A program made the position numbers and the translations under genes. Below, piece by piece: positions 16,652 through 25,590 of a stretch of DNA of 27,049 nucleotides. The stretch is from Desulfobacteraceae bacterium (GTDB lineage Bacteria > Desulfobacterota > Desulfobacteria > Desulfobacterales > UBA11574), in the NCBI GenBank assembly GCA_013203195.1, contig JABMQM010000339.1, positions 1 to 27,049 on the forward strand, written 5' to 3'. Every line of letters starts with the position of its first letter. Position 1 is the stretch's first letter. Below the pieces are notes generated by a model. The model ran no database searches. It had not been told where the DNA came from and worked only from the letters and a program-made list of their open reading frames with translations.

Positions 16652-18214
16652 ATGAAAAAAGGTGAAACCAACCGCAACCAAATTGTTTTTCGAGCCGATG
16701 CCGATACCAGTATGGGCACCGGTCATCTCATGCGCTGCCTGGCTTTGGCCCAGGCGTGGCAGGACACCGGTGGCCAAGCGACGTTTTTGACAGTATCAAA
16801 CTCCTTGATGCTTAACGGCCGGTTGCAATCAGAAGGTATGGTTGTAAAGCATCTTAAAACCCCGCTAGCCGGTTATGAGGATGCCTTGCAGACGGCCGCG
16901 CTTGCAAAAGAGATAAATGCATCCTGGATCGTGTTGGACGGTTACCAATTTGATGGCGTCTATCAAAAAACCTTAAAGGATAAGGGTGTATCTCTCTTGT
17001 TTATAGACGATTTCGGTCACGCCGGTCACTACTCTGCGGATATTGTGCTGAATCAAGGCATCCATGCTGCTACGAATTTATATCCCCATAAAGAACCTTA
17101 TACCCAACTTTTACTCGGCCTCCGCTATGCGCTATTACGGAGGGAATTTTTAAGCTATCAGGGTTGGAAGCGGGAGAATCCGGACGTAGCCAGAAAAATA
17201 CTGGTAACCTTGGGCGGTGGAGATCCGGATAATGTAACCAAAAAAGTCGTGCGGGCGATACAGCAACTTGAAGCAGAAAACTTAGAAGTCTTCGTTGTTG
17301 TCGGCAGCAATAATCCGCATTATGAAGAACTGGAATCTATTGCCGGCCCTTCGCCGTTTTATATTAGTTTATTACAGAACGTGACCGACATGCCGGCCCT
17401 GATGGCCTGGGCGGATATGGCTGTTTCGGCCGGAGGTGGCACCTGTCTGGAAATGGCATATATGGGACTGCCAAACATAGTCATGGTGTTGGCGGAAAAT
17501 CAGCAGGGCAACGCTGAAAGTCTGGGGTCTTCCGGTATTTCCATAAATTCAGGGTGGCACAATGAGGTTGATGAGCTTGGTCTTGCAAAGACCTTAAGCA
17601 TGCTGATTTCAAATCAGATGCTTCGTAAAGAAATGAGTGCCAAGGCACAGGAATTGGTGGACGGCACCGGAACGAGTCATATCTCGTCGCTTATTGATAA
17701 ACTATCACGGCAATGCCGGGTCACAGACGATATAAGGGTGCGCCGTGCCTGCATTCAGGATGGCGAACTGCTTTGGAAATGGGCCAATGATTCAAGTGTC
17801 CGTGCTAATGCATTTCATGCCGATAAGATTCCCCTAAAAGAACATCTCCGGTGGTATCAAAATAAGCTGAACTCTCCGGACACACTTATATGGATACTAG
17901 AGCTTGGCAGTCAACCTGTTGCTCAAATACGATATGATCGAGTGGAACCGGCTACAGCAGAAATAGATATTTCCGTGACAGCCGATTGTCGCGGCATGGG
18001 TTTAGGCATCAAAGCACTGGTTTTAACCGCGGATATTTCAGGCAGAGAACTTGGTGTTAAGCATATAAAAGGGATTGTGTTTGCTTCCAACAAGGCATCT
18101 TCACGCGCATTTACTAAAGCCGGTTTTAAGCTCGCCGGCCGGGAAAAAGTTTCTGACAAGCTTTGCGATATTTTTATTCGAGAATGTGCTGAAACGGCAA
18201 GGGAGGCCTGTTGA
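16652..18214 (+). CDS. pseG: PseG (UDP-2,4-diacetamido-2,4,6-trideoxy-beta-L-altropyranose hydrolase) fused to a PseH-like GNAT N-acetyltransferase
   Basis: FRADADTSMGTGHLMRCLALA, IVLDGY, LVTLGGGD and ADMAVSAGGGT motifs. From nt 17732 a GNAT domain follows (LLWKWANDSSVR...HLRWY...GQ-like AQIRYD...RGMGLG...NKASSRAF). Confidence 0.9.
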   Translation: MKKGETNRNQIVFRADADTSMGTGHLMRCLALAQAWQDTGGQATFLTVSNSLMLNGRLQSEGMVVKHLKTPLAGYEDALQTAALAKEINASWIVLDGYQFDGVYQKTLKDKGVSLLFIDDFGHAGHYSADIVLNQGIHAATNLYPHKEPYTQLLLGLRYALLRREFLSYQGWKRENPDVARKILVTLGGGDPDNVTKKVVRAIQQLEAENLEVFVVVGSNNPHYEELESIAGPSPFYISLLQNVTDMPALMAWADMAVSAGGGTCLEMAYMGLPNIVMVLAENQQGNAESLGSSGISINSGWHNEVDELGLAKTLSMLISNQMLRKEMSAKAQELVDGTGTSHISSLIDKLSRQCRVTDDIRVRRACIQDGELLWKWANDSSVRANAFHADKIPLKEHLRWYQNKLNSPDTLIWILELGSQPVAQIRYDRVEPATAEIDISVTADCRGMGLGIKALVLTADISGRELGVKHIKGIVFASNKASSRAFTKAGFKLAGREKVSDKLCDIFIRECAETAREAC

Positions 18215-19260
18215 TGAGTTTTATTGAAATCAATGGCCGCAGAATAGCAAAAGGCCATCCAGCTTACATCATTGCTGAAATGTCAGCCAACCATAATCAG
18301 GATTTTGCAAAAGCCGTCAGAATTATTGAAGCGGCCCAAAAAGCGGGTGCCGATGCGATCAAACTCCAGACCTACACACCGGACACAATTACCATCGACT
18401 GCGACAATGAATATTTCAAAATCCAAGGAACTATCTGGGCGGGGAAGAATCTGTATCAGCTTTATGGAGAAGCTTTTACACCCTGGGAATGGCAACCAAA
18501 GCTCAAAGAAGTTGCCGACAAACTGAAGATTGATATCTTTTCTACTCCCTTTGATTCAAGCGCTGTTGATTTCTTGGAGAAGATGAATGTACCTGCATAC
18601 AAGGTGGCCTCATTCGAGAATGTAGATATTCCACTGTTGGAAAAAATCGCCTGTACCGGCAAGCCGATTATCATGTCAACCGGAATGGCGACACTTGGTG
18701 AAATCGATGAAGCGGTCCGGACAATCAGGCAGGCAATGAACAACCAGCTGGCTTTGCTCAAATGCACCAGTGCTTACCCGGCTCCGCCGGAAGAAGTCAA
18801 TCTAAAAACCATCAATCATTTGAGCGAAGCTTTTGACGTTCCCACCGGCCTGTCCGATCATACTATGGGTAGCGCTGTAGCTGTAGGGGCGGTGACACTG
18901 GGTGCGTGTATTGTTGAAAAGCACTTCACACTGTCCAGGAAAGATCCAGGGCCGGACAGTGCCTTTTCCATGGAGCCGCATGAATTTAAAACTATGGTGG
19001 AGGATATTCGGACCATAGAAAAGGCACTGGGGAAAGTATGTTATGGCATCACTGAAAAACAGAGAGAAAGCAGGGCATTTCGGCGTTCTTTGTTTGTGGT
19101 GGAAGATGTCAAGGTCGCAGAGGAATTTACGCAAACAAATGTACGTTCCATTAGGCCGGGTAACGGGCTGCATACCAGGTACCTGACAAAAATTATCGGC
19201 AAGAAAGCTGCTACAAACATTGCCGGAGGCACTCCACTATCATGGGACTTATTAGGATAA
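18214..19260 (+). CDS. pseI: Pseudaminic acid synthase (NeuB family with C-terminal SAF domain)
   Basis: IIAEMSANHNQD, AIKLQTYTPDT, TPWEWQPKL, FSTPFD, IMSTGMA, LLKCTSAYP, GLSDHT, EKHFTL and SIRPGNGL motifs; TGATG overlap with pseG; RBS GGGAGG. Confidence 0.92.
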   Translation: MSFIEINGRRIAKGHPAYIIAEMSANHNQDFAKAVRIIEAAQKAGADAIKLQTYTPDTITIDCDNEYFKIQGTIWAGKNLYQLYGEAFTPWEWQPKLKEVADKLKIDIFSTPFDSSAVDFLEKMNVPAYKVASFENVDIPLLEKIACTGKPIIMSTGMATLGEIDEAVRTIRQAMNNQLALLKCTSAYPAPPEEVNLKTINHLSEAFDVPTGLSDHTMGSAVAVGAVTLGACIVEKHFTLSRKDPGPDSAFSMEPHEFKTMVEDIRTIEKALGKVCYGITEKQRESRAFRRSLFVVEDVKVAEEFTQTNVRSIRPGNGLHTRYLTKIIGKKAATNIAGGTPLSWDLLG

Positions 19261-19263
19261 AGT

Positions 19264-20076
19264 ATGCACAACAAAGCAAGGATACTTAGCACTGCACAAA
19301 ATGCTTCCCATCTAAAAGGGCGCATTGAAGCCAATCAAGATCAACAGACAGATCTGAATCATTGGATCTTCAGTCTTCTATCGGTACAAGAAGGTTGGAA
19401 GGTTCTTGAGCTGTGCTGTGGCACGGGAGCACAGACAACTTATCTGGCAGAAAAAGTGGGGCCAAAAGGCCATATTTGGGCTCTCGATATATCTGTCGAA
19501 GCTCTGGAACATATCGATAAAACGCTCGGCAAACAATATCTCAACCGTATTACAACCATGGAAGTCGATCTGGACAATTTTTCAGGTCAACTGGCAAGAA
19601 GAGGATTCGTTGAGCCCTGTTTTGATCTGATTTTTTGTTCTTATGGATTGTATTATTGTTCCAATATTCAAGAGACCTTGGCTGAGATTGAAAGATGGCT
19701 AAGACCAAACGGGAAAATTGCGATTGTTGGTCCTTTTGGACCAAACAACGAGCCGCTTTACGACATTTTGCATAAAAATGGTGTGGTGATATCCGAGTAT
19801 GTGATGCACACCAGTAAAACTTTCATGACCTTTGATGTTGTCCCTTGGGCGTCTGAAAAATTTGAGCATGTCTCCATCCATCCCCTGGTAAATCCTGTTG
19901 TCTGGGAAAGTGCTGAGACACTAATGAAATATTGGAAAAACTCGACTTTTTACGATGAAACCAAGCTCGATTCGGTTCGTTTTCATGCTGAGAAACACTT
20001 TCGACAAGCTGGCCGGTTTGTGAATGAAAAATGGGTCATGTTGTTGGTGGCAGAGCACAAGCGCCGCCTAAGGTAA
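19264..20076 (+). CDS. Class I SAM-dependent methyltransferase
   Basis: Motif I KVLELCCGTG, post-I ALDIS, FDLIFCSYGLY and LRPNGKIAI. Confidence 0.85.
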   Translation: MHNKARILSTAQNASHLKGRIEANQDQQTDLNHWIFSLLSVQEGWKVLELCCGTGAQTTYLAEKVGPKGHIWALDISVEALEHIDKTLGKQYLNRITTMEVDLDNFSGQLARRGFVEPCFDLIFCSYGLYYCSNIQETLAEIERWLRPNGKIAIVGPFGPNNEPLYDILHKNGVVISEYVMHTSKTFMTFDVVPWASEKFEHVSIHPLVNPVVWESAETLMKYWKNSTFYDETKLDSVRFHAEKHFRQAGRFVNEKWVMLLVAEHKRRLR

Positions 20077-20089
20077 AAAGGTATGACCG

Positions 20090-20818
20090 TTGGATAACAA
20101 AAGTAATTCGAAAAATCGATATTTAGTGGTCGCTGCCCATCCCGATGACGAAGTACTTGGTTGCGGCGGCACGATTGCCCGCCTGGCACAGGAAGGCCAT
20201 CAGGTCTATATTGCCATTTTGGGAGAAGGGGTCACATCTCGCTACGCCCAGCGCGAAGAGGCGGATAAAACAATGGTGGCGACGCTTCGTGCTCATAGCC
20301 ATAAAGTAAAAGAATTATTATGCGCCAAGGACCTGTTCATCTTCGATCTGCCCGACAACCGTTTCGATACGATACCCCTGTTGGAAGTGGTGAAAATCAT
20401 CGAAAGCTTGATCGAACGTCTGCAACCGGAGGTTGTATACACTCAACACGGCGGTGACCTTAACATAGATCACGTTATCACCCATCGTGCCGTACTTACC
20501 GCAACCCGTCCGATTTCAGGCTGCCCGGTAAAAAAGCTTTATGCCTATGAGGTCCCCTCATCTACTGAATGGGCCTTTGCACAGTTTGCACCGGCTTTCC
20601 GGCCCAATGTGTTTGTGGATATCAGCACAACCCTCGACACAAAGATAAAAGCAATGCAAATTTACGAAAGTGAAGCCCGCCCATTTCCTCATCCGCGATC
20701 ACCGGAAGCCTTGCGCGTTACTGCGCAACGGTGGGGAAGCGTTGTCGGCCTGGTTGCGGCGGAAGCATTCGAGTTAATCTACAGCCTAAAACACTCTATC
20801 GTAAAAGAGGAAACATAA
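20090..20818 (+). CDS. PIG-L/LmbE-family N-deacetylase
   Basis: VVAAHPDDEVLGCGGTI (HxDD metal motif), DLNIDH, FVDISTTLDTKIKAM and AEAF; TTG start. Confidence 0.9.
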   Translation: MDNKSNSKNRYLVVAAHPDDEVLGCGGTIARLAQEGHQVYIAILGEGVTSRYAQREEADKTMVATLRAHSHKVKELLCAKDLFIFDLPDNRFDTIPLLEVVKIIESLIERLQPEVVYTQHGGDLNIDHVITHRAVLTATRPISGCPVKKLYAYEVPSSTEWAFAQFAPAFRPNVFVDISTTLDTKIKAMQIYESEARPFPHPRSPEALRVTAQRWGSVVGLVAAEAFELIYSLKHSIVKEET

Positions 20819-21052
20819 ATTTGAGTGCTGTTCTTTCCAAGGATGAGGAAGGTTCGCGAATCATGCAAAAAAAAATTAATGAATCAAAATTAAAGAAAAA
20901 ATAATAGATACGTATTTTAGTCGAGGAATGCGTGCAATACTTAAATGATGATGTGTCAAGAAATGAAATAGCCGCAAAGGGTTCTCAAGGATAACCTCTT
21001 TCAGTCAAGCGGAATACCTGAAAGATGTACTGAATGATTAATTTTCGTTTAT

Positions 21053-21068
21053 TGGCACACATTTTGCA
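21053..21068 (+). promoter_or_regulatory. sigma-54 promoter P3
   Basis: TGGCACACATTTTGCA is a perfect TGGCAC-N5-TTGCA match in the roughly 400-nt gap before module 3. Confidence 0.85.
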
Positions 21069-21228
21069 AATATACTTTGCTTGAAAGTTGAATTTAAGAT
21101 TTGCAATTTTTTGTGCCGAATAAAACGGATAGCCAGCAGCAGTAGTTGTTTGTTAATTGGAGACAGAGGAAGTTAACATCATGTTTTGTTTAAAAATATA
21201 ACCACCCGGACATCGAGAGGAGTCATTG

Positions 21229-23685
21229 ATGGAAATGAAAAACCTATCTGTTTGTATCGTGGGAAAGGATAAAGCAGAGGTTCTCAAACAGTGTATTGAA
21301 TCTTGTTTGAAAATAACCGACCAGATATCATATGTTGATCTGGAATCAAACGACAACAGTATCCATGTCGCAAAAGAATGCGGCATTTACGTTTTGAATG
21401 GCAAATCATTTCAAAAGGCGCCTGAAACGTTTAAGGAATTCAATAAATCGAATTGGACTCTTTTTTTGAGGCCTGATGAAAAGATTATATATGAATCCGA
21501 AGCGCAAATCACAGAGATCCTGGATAAAAGCGATACCATGGGATATAGTCTCATTATAAACACCCCCATATCGCCTGAAACGTTTGAAGATTACCGATGG
21601 ATTAAAATCCCCGGAAAGCCGGACAGCTATTCCCCCGAAGCATTAATCGTTCCGAAAATTGAAATCAGGCTGGTACGAAAACAATTCTTTGCCAAGGCTC
21701 TCAATCTTATGATTTCGTTTTCTCCGGACAGAGTTTATTCCTTTGACAGCAAAATAATTAAAGATATCCAGATTCATTCACTGGAAGATAATGTTCAAGA
21801 GGAGATAACCCCCGAAGATACTAAAGATTTGGAAATGAAATTTCTCAGGGGAGAGGTATCCGTAGATGCTGAGGAAGATTATGGCATGTGGGAACTTGGA
21901 GACCGTTTTATCGGCTACAACATTTTGAACACGGGTGATCTGTCCCGATATTATCGGGGACTTGCCATGGGATTTGGAAGTGAAAGCATGTATGTGGCTA
22001 TGCTCAACGTGCTTGCAAAATATGGCAGATTCAACGAAGCTCGGGAATTTTTTGATGCCTGGCAGGAAAAATGGGGCATTTTTGATACACCTGAACCTTA
22101 TAAATTCGGAGGAATCATTTATGCACACCTGTTTCAACTGGAAAGGGCAGTTTCATTCTTTCATAAATATTTGGAATTGGCTTCCGAAGAACTTGCTGGA
22201 GAGGCTCGCCTTTTATTGGCAAAATCGCTGCTGCTTCTGGGCAAAAAAGACGAAGCAATTAAACTTTTTAAGCAATCGCTTCGCCACCATATGGACGATT
22301 TAGACCGCGCCCTTATCCAAACAATCGAAGATGCTAACTGGAAGCCACCCAGACTTAGCTTATGTATGATTGTAAAAGATGAGGAGGCAAATATCTCCCA
22401 AACTCTTGATTCCGTAACAGGCATAGTCGACGAAATCATTGTTGTGGATACAGGATCTCAAGACGAAACAAAAGATATCGCAAGGAAATTTAATGCGAAA
22501 ATCATAGACATCGACTGGGAAGATAATTTTTCAAAAGCTAGAAACGCCGGGCTCCGGAGTGCGACGGGCGATTACATTCTATGCCTCGATGCCGATGAAT
22601 ACATAGACCCCAGAGAAAGAATAAAACTGGCCCTTTTTAAAATGATTTTGCCTTCCGAACGGGATGTTGCCTTCCGGGTAAAGATAGATATGGAAGATCC
22701 GGATGAAGAACTATCGGATATATGGCGCCTTCCCAATACGATTCAACCCGATTACCAGGTAAGACTTGTACCGGCTCGAAAGGAGATCTCTTTCGAAGGA
22801 TTTGCTTTTGAGAGCATGGACAAATCCATTACGGATCTCGGAATAAAAATGGTAACCAATGAAGTGGTTAAGATCACCCACTCAGAAACTGACCGTAAAT
22901 GGAGAGACCTACGCAAAGAAAAGGCCGTTGAGAAGATCTATGATACCGGTCCCGATCCGGAAACCGCCCTGCAAGCGGCTTTATACAATCTAAAACTTGG
23001 AAATCCTAGTACGGCATTGAAATGGCTTGACCTGGCTCAATTTGATAATCCTCGCCTCTGGATGAAAATTATCACCCTTTATTGCAGACTGGGCCAGACA
23101 AAAAATGTTGCTGGGATTATAAGAAAAGCCCTCAGAGAATTTCCGGATTCTCTGGAATTGTGTTTGGCAAAAGCAGAACTTCATTTCGTAGAGGGCGAAC
23201 ATGAGATCGTTTATAAAACTCTTGATCCGAATATGGAAAAAATTGAAAAAGAAATGTCCAGAGAGGATCGCGCAAGTGCCGCGTATCTTTATGGCATGGC
23301 TTTGCTGGAGAGAGGCAATCTGGGAAAAGGTATTGAATTGTTATCCGATGCCCGCGAATTGGGTTCCTGGAATATGCGTTACAAGATAGGAGGTATTTAC
23401 GCCCTTACGATAGCAGAGGAGTGGGAAAGTGCAATTCGTGCCCTTTCCGAGGTCTTGAAAGAAGAAAACCTGGCAATTATGGATACGATCGATGATTTTG
23501 CCGATCTGGGGATCGTTTTTAAGAAACTCGGTAGTCATTTTGAAATCAATGGCAGGGTAGAAGCTTCAGAGCTATGCCAAAAAATATTTCTGAACATTAT
23601 TGAAACCAAGTTATCCGATCCGGAAGATATAGAAAAATTAACCCATTATTTAGATACGCACAATATTGGGAAGGAGCAACCTTAG
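21229..23685 (+). CDS. Tandem GT2 (degenerate) - TPR - GT2 (intact) - TPR glycosyltransferase
   Basis: N-terminal LSVCIVGKDKAEVLKQCIES...FLRPDE. A second domain from nt 22354 has LSLCMIVKDEE...VVDTGSQD...FSKARN...CLDADE. TPR-like helices lie between and after. RBS AGGAG at 21218-21222. Confidence 0.85.
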   Translation: MEMKNLSVCIVGKDKAEVLKQCIESCLKITDQISYVDLESNDNSIHVAKECGIYVLNGKSFQKAPETFKEFNKSNWTLFLRPDEKIIYESEAQITEILDKSDTMGYSLIINTPISPETFEDYRWIKIPGKPDSYSPEALIVPKIEIRLVRKQFFAKALNLMISFSPDRVYSFDSKIIKDIQIHSLEDNVQEEITPEDTKDLEMKFLRGEVSVDAEEDYGMWELGDRFIGYNILNTGDLSRYYRGLAMGFGSESMYVAMLNVLAKYGRFNEAREFFDAWQEKWGIFDTPEPYKFGGIIYAHLFQLERAVSFFHKYLELASEELAGEARLLLAKSLLLLGKKDEAIKLFKQSLRHHMDDLDRALIQTIEDANWKPPRLSLCMIVKDEEANISQTLDSVTGIVDEIIVVDTGSQDETKDIARKFNAKIIDIDWEDNFSKARNAGLRSATGDYILCLDADEYIDPRERIKLALFKMILPSERDVAFRVKIDMEDPDEELSDIWRLPNTIQPDYQVRLVPARKEISFEGFAFESMDKSITDLGIKMVTNEVVKITHSETDRKWRDLRKEKAVEKIYDTGPDPETALQAALYNLKLGNPSTALKWLDLAQFDNPRLWMKIITLYCRLGQTKNVAGIIRKALREFPDSLELCLAKAELHFVEGEHEIVYKTLDPNMEKIEKEMSREDRASAAYLYGMALLERGNLGKGIELLSDARELGSWNMRYKIGGIYALTIAEEWESAIRALSEVLKEENLAIMDTIDDFADLGIVFKKLGSHFEINGRVEASELCQKIFLNIIETKLSDPEDIEKLTHYLDTHNIGKEQP

Positions 23686-23686
23686 A

Positions 23687-25588
23687 GTGGACACTGAAAT
23701 ATTTAAGAAAAATTTGTCAGCCCTGGAAGAGAAATATCCGGCACTTGCATCAAAAATCAAGAAAAACAGTATTGAGGAGAGCCGTTATAAAATCATACGG
23801 GCAGAAACTGGGGAGCCGAACCTCTTAGTTGCAAAGAATGATAGTTTTATCATGTTGTATGATAATGCAAGTCCCTATGAGTATTGTAAAAAGTTTTTGG
23901 AAGGGATGAATATTGCCTATGCTCCCGTCGTCCTTTTTTTAGGATTTGGGCTTGGTTACCATCTGCACATGTTTTCACAGCTTTATGCAGATAAGGCGCA
24001 AGCGAAAAAAATTATTGTATTTGAAGATGATATCAATATTTTCCATCTTGCAATGGAAATGAGCGACTTAAGCCGTCTCATTACTCACCCTGATATGCAT
24101 TTCTTTGTAAGAGAAGATCCGGATGATACAGTTCACCAGATTCGAAGAGAAATTCTGGCAGATAAAGGCACATTCTTTCAGATCAGAAGCACAAAGGTTA
24201 TGCCTCTCCCGGCCAATATACTATTGAATGATGAATACTATCGCAAAGCGCTTGATATTACCAGGATGGCATTTCGCCAGCAAATGGTATTATGCGGAAA
24301 TGATTGCACAGATGCATTTTTAGGCGTAGAAAACCTGCTCGGTAATATTAAGCACATCGTTTCTCATCCCGGAATTAATCAACTTCGGGATAAATTTAAG
24401 GGAAGACCTGCGGTTACTGTCGCATCGGGACCGTCTCTTGAAAAAAATATTCATTTCCTGAGAGATATTCGAGATCGTGCTCTTATCCTTTCCTGTGACT
24501 CAAGTTTTTTGCCTTTAATGAAAAGAAATATAAGACCCCATATGGTCGCTTCTCTCGAAAGGACCGCCGGCACGAACATGTTCTACGAGAGCGCTTCGGA
24601 CGTTGACGGCATCTATTTAGCTTTTTGTCCCGTGGTCCAGCCGGATGTCTACGACAGCTTCCGAGGAAAGAAAATAATCGTTTACCGGGATTTTTCACAT
24701 TTTAAGTGGTTTGACTTAGACAAAGGAACCCTTTCCATTGGCCCCGCCGTATCGAATATGGCATTCAAAATAGCTGAATATCTTGGCTGCGATCCTATTA
24801 TTATGATCGGGCAGGACCTGGCCTTTGCAGAAGACGGGGATACGCATGTCGAAGATATGCTGTTTGGAGAGCGTGATGAGTATTACTATTCATCTATAAT
24901 TGAAGCCGAAGGAAATTACGGAAGTCCCGTAAAAACTTCAAGAACATGGGAAATATTCAAGTCGTATCATGAAGAGGATATACGCTATTATAAAGGATTA
25001 TGCATCAATGCAACCGAAGGTGGGGCAAAGATCAGGGGTACCCATGTGATGACTTTTGCTGAGGCCATCAATAAATACTGCCGGAACGAATTCTTTCCGG
25101 AAGCGATCATTGCCGATTCAATTTCTGATTTTGAAAAAACCGTAAATATCCCGCAGGAGCTTAAATCCATTCTGGACAGGTGCATAGAGACACGTTTCGG
25201 TCTGAAAGAAACCATTAACATGTTATTAGAATTTCGCAAGGAAATTTTGGAAGTCCAAAATAACATGGTCCGCCCCTTTATGTATGAGGGTAAAGATGTG
25301 GATAGTGCTTACCTTGTATCAATTGCAGAAAGATTTCTCGGCATCATGGATACCTTCCTGGAAGATCGGAATGTACGCGAAATTATGGCGCACACAGTTC
25401 ACTCACAAATTGTATTTTTCACCAACAAGTTTAATTACTTGAAAGATATTTATTCCCATAAAGACTGCTTACATTCAGCACAGATTTTAATGATCAAGGA
25501 ATGGCTCGGCGTGATCGGGCAGTTATTCGTTTCAACTATTGATTCCCTGGAGCGAGCAGAGAAGATGCTCGCAAAAGAGATAAGCTAG
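23687..25588 (+). CDS. maf: Motility-associated factor (Maf; MAF_flag10/DUF115), putative flagellin nonulosonate transferase
   Basis: PAVTVASGPSLEKN, ILSCDSS, IRPHMVASLER, GCDPIIMIGQDLAF and INATEGGAKI motifs; N-terminal FKKNLSAL...FLGFGLGYH; helical C-terminus. GTG start with AAGGAG at 23671-23676. Confidence 0.85.
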   Translation: MDTEIFKKNLSALEEKYPALASKIKKNSIEESRYKIIRAETGEPNLLVAKNDSFIMLYDNASPYEYCKKFLEGMNIAYAPVVLFLGFGLGYHLHMFSQLYADKAQAKKIIVFEDDINIFHLAMEMSDLSRLITHPDMHFFVREDPDDTVHQIRREILADKGTFFQIRSTKVMPLPANILLNDEYYRKALDITRMAFRQQMVLCGNDCTDAFLGVENLLGNIKHIVSHPGINQLRDKFKGRPAVTVASGPSLEKNIHFLRDIRDRALILSCDSSFLPLMKRNIRPHMVASLERTAGTNMFYESASDVDGIYLAFCPVVQPDVYDSFRGKKIIVYRDFSHFKWFDLDKGTLSIGPAVSNMAFKIAEYLGCDPIIMIGQDLAFAEDGDTHVEDMLFGERDEYYYSSIIEAEGNYGSPVKTSRTWEIFKSYHEEDIRYYKGLCINATEGGAKIRGTHVMTFAEAINKYCRNEFFPEAIIADSISDFEKTVNIPQELKSILDRCIETRFGLKETINMLLEFRKEILEVQNNMVRPFMYEGKDVDSAYLVSIAERFLGIMDTFLEDRNVREIMAHTVHSQIVFFTNKFNYLKDIYSHKDCLHSAQILMIKEWLGVIGQLFVSTIDSLERAEKMLAKEIS

Positions 25589-25590
25589 GA

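Noticed and set aside
16652-18214. PseG-PseH fusion as a novelty
   Set aside because: A commonly seen arrangement in pse clusters; annotated but not novel.
20863-20904. A9 run and 13-codon Lys-rich ORF; phase-variable tracts generally
   Set aside because: Intergenic AT-rich sequence. I noticed no long poly-G/C tract or frameshift in the GT or maf CDSs.
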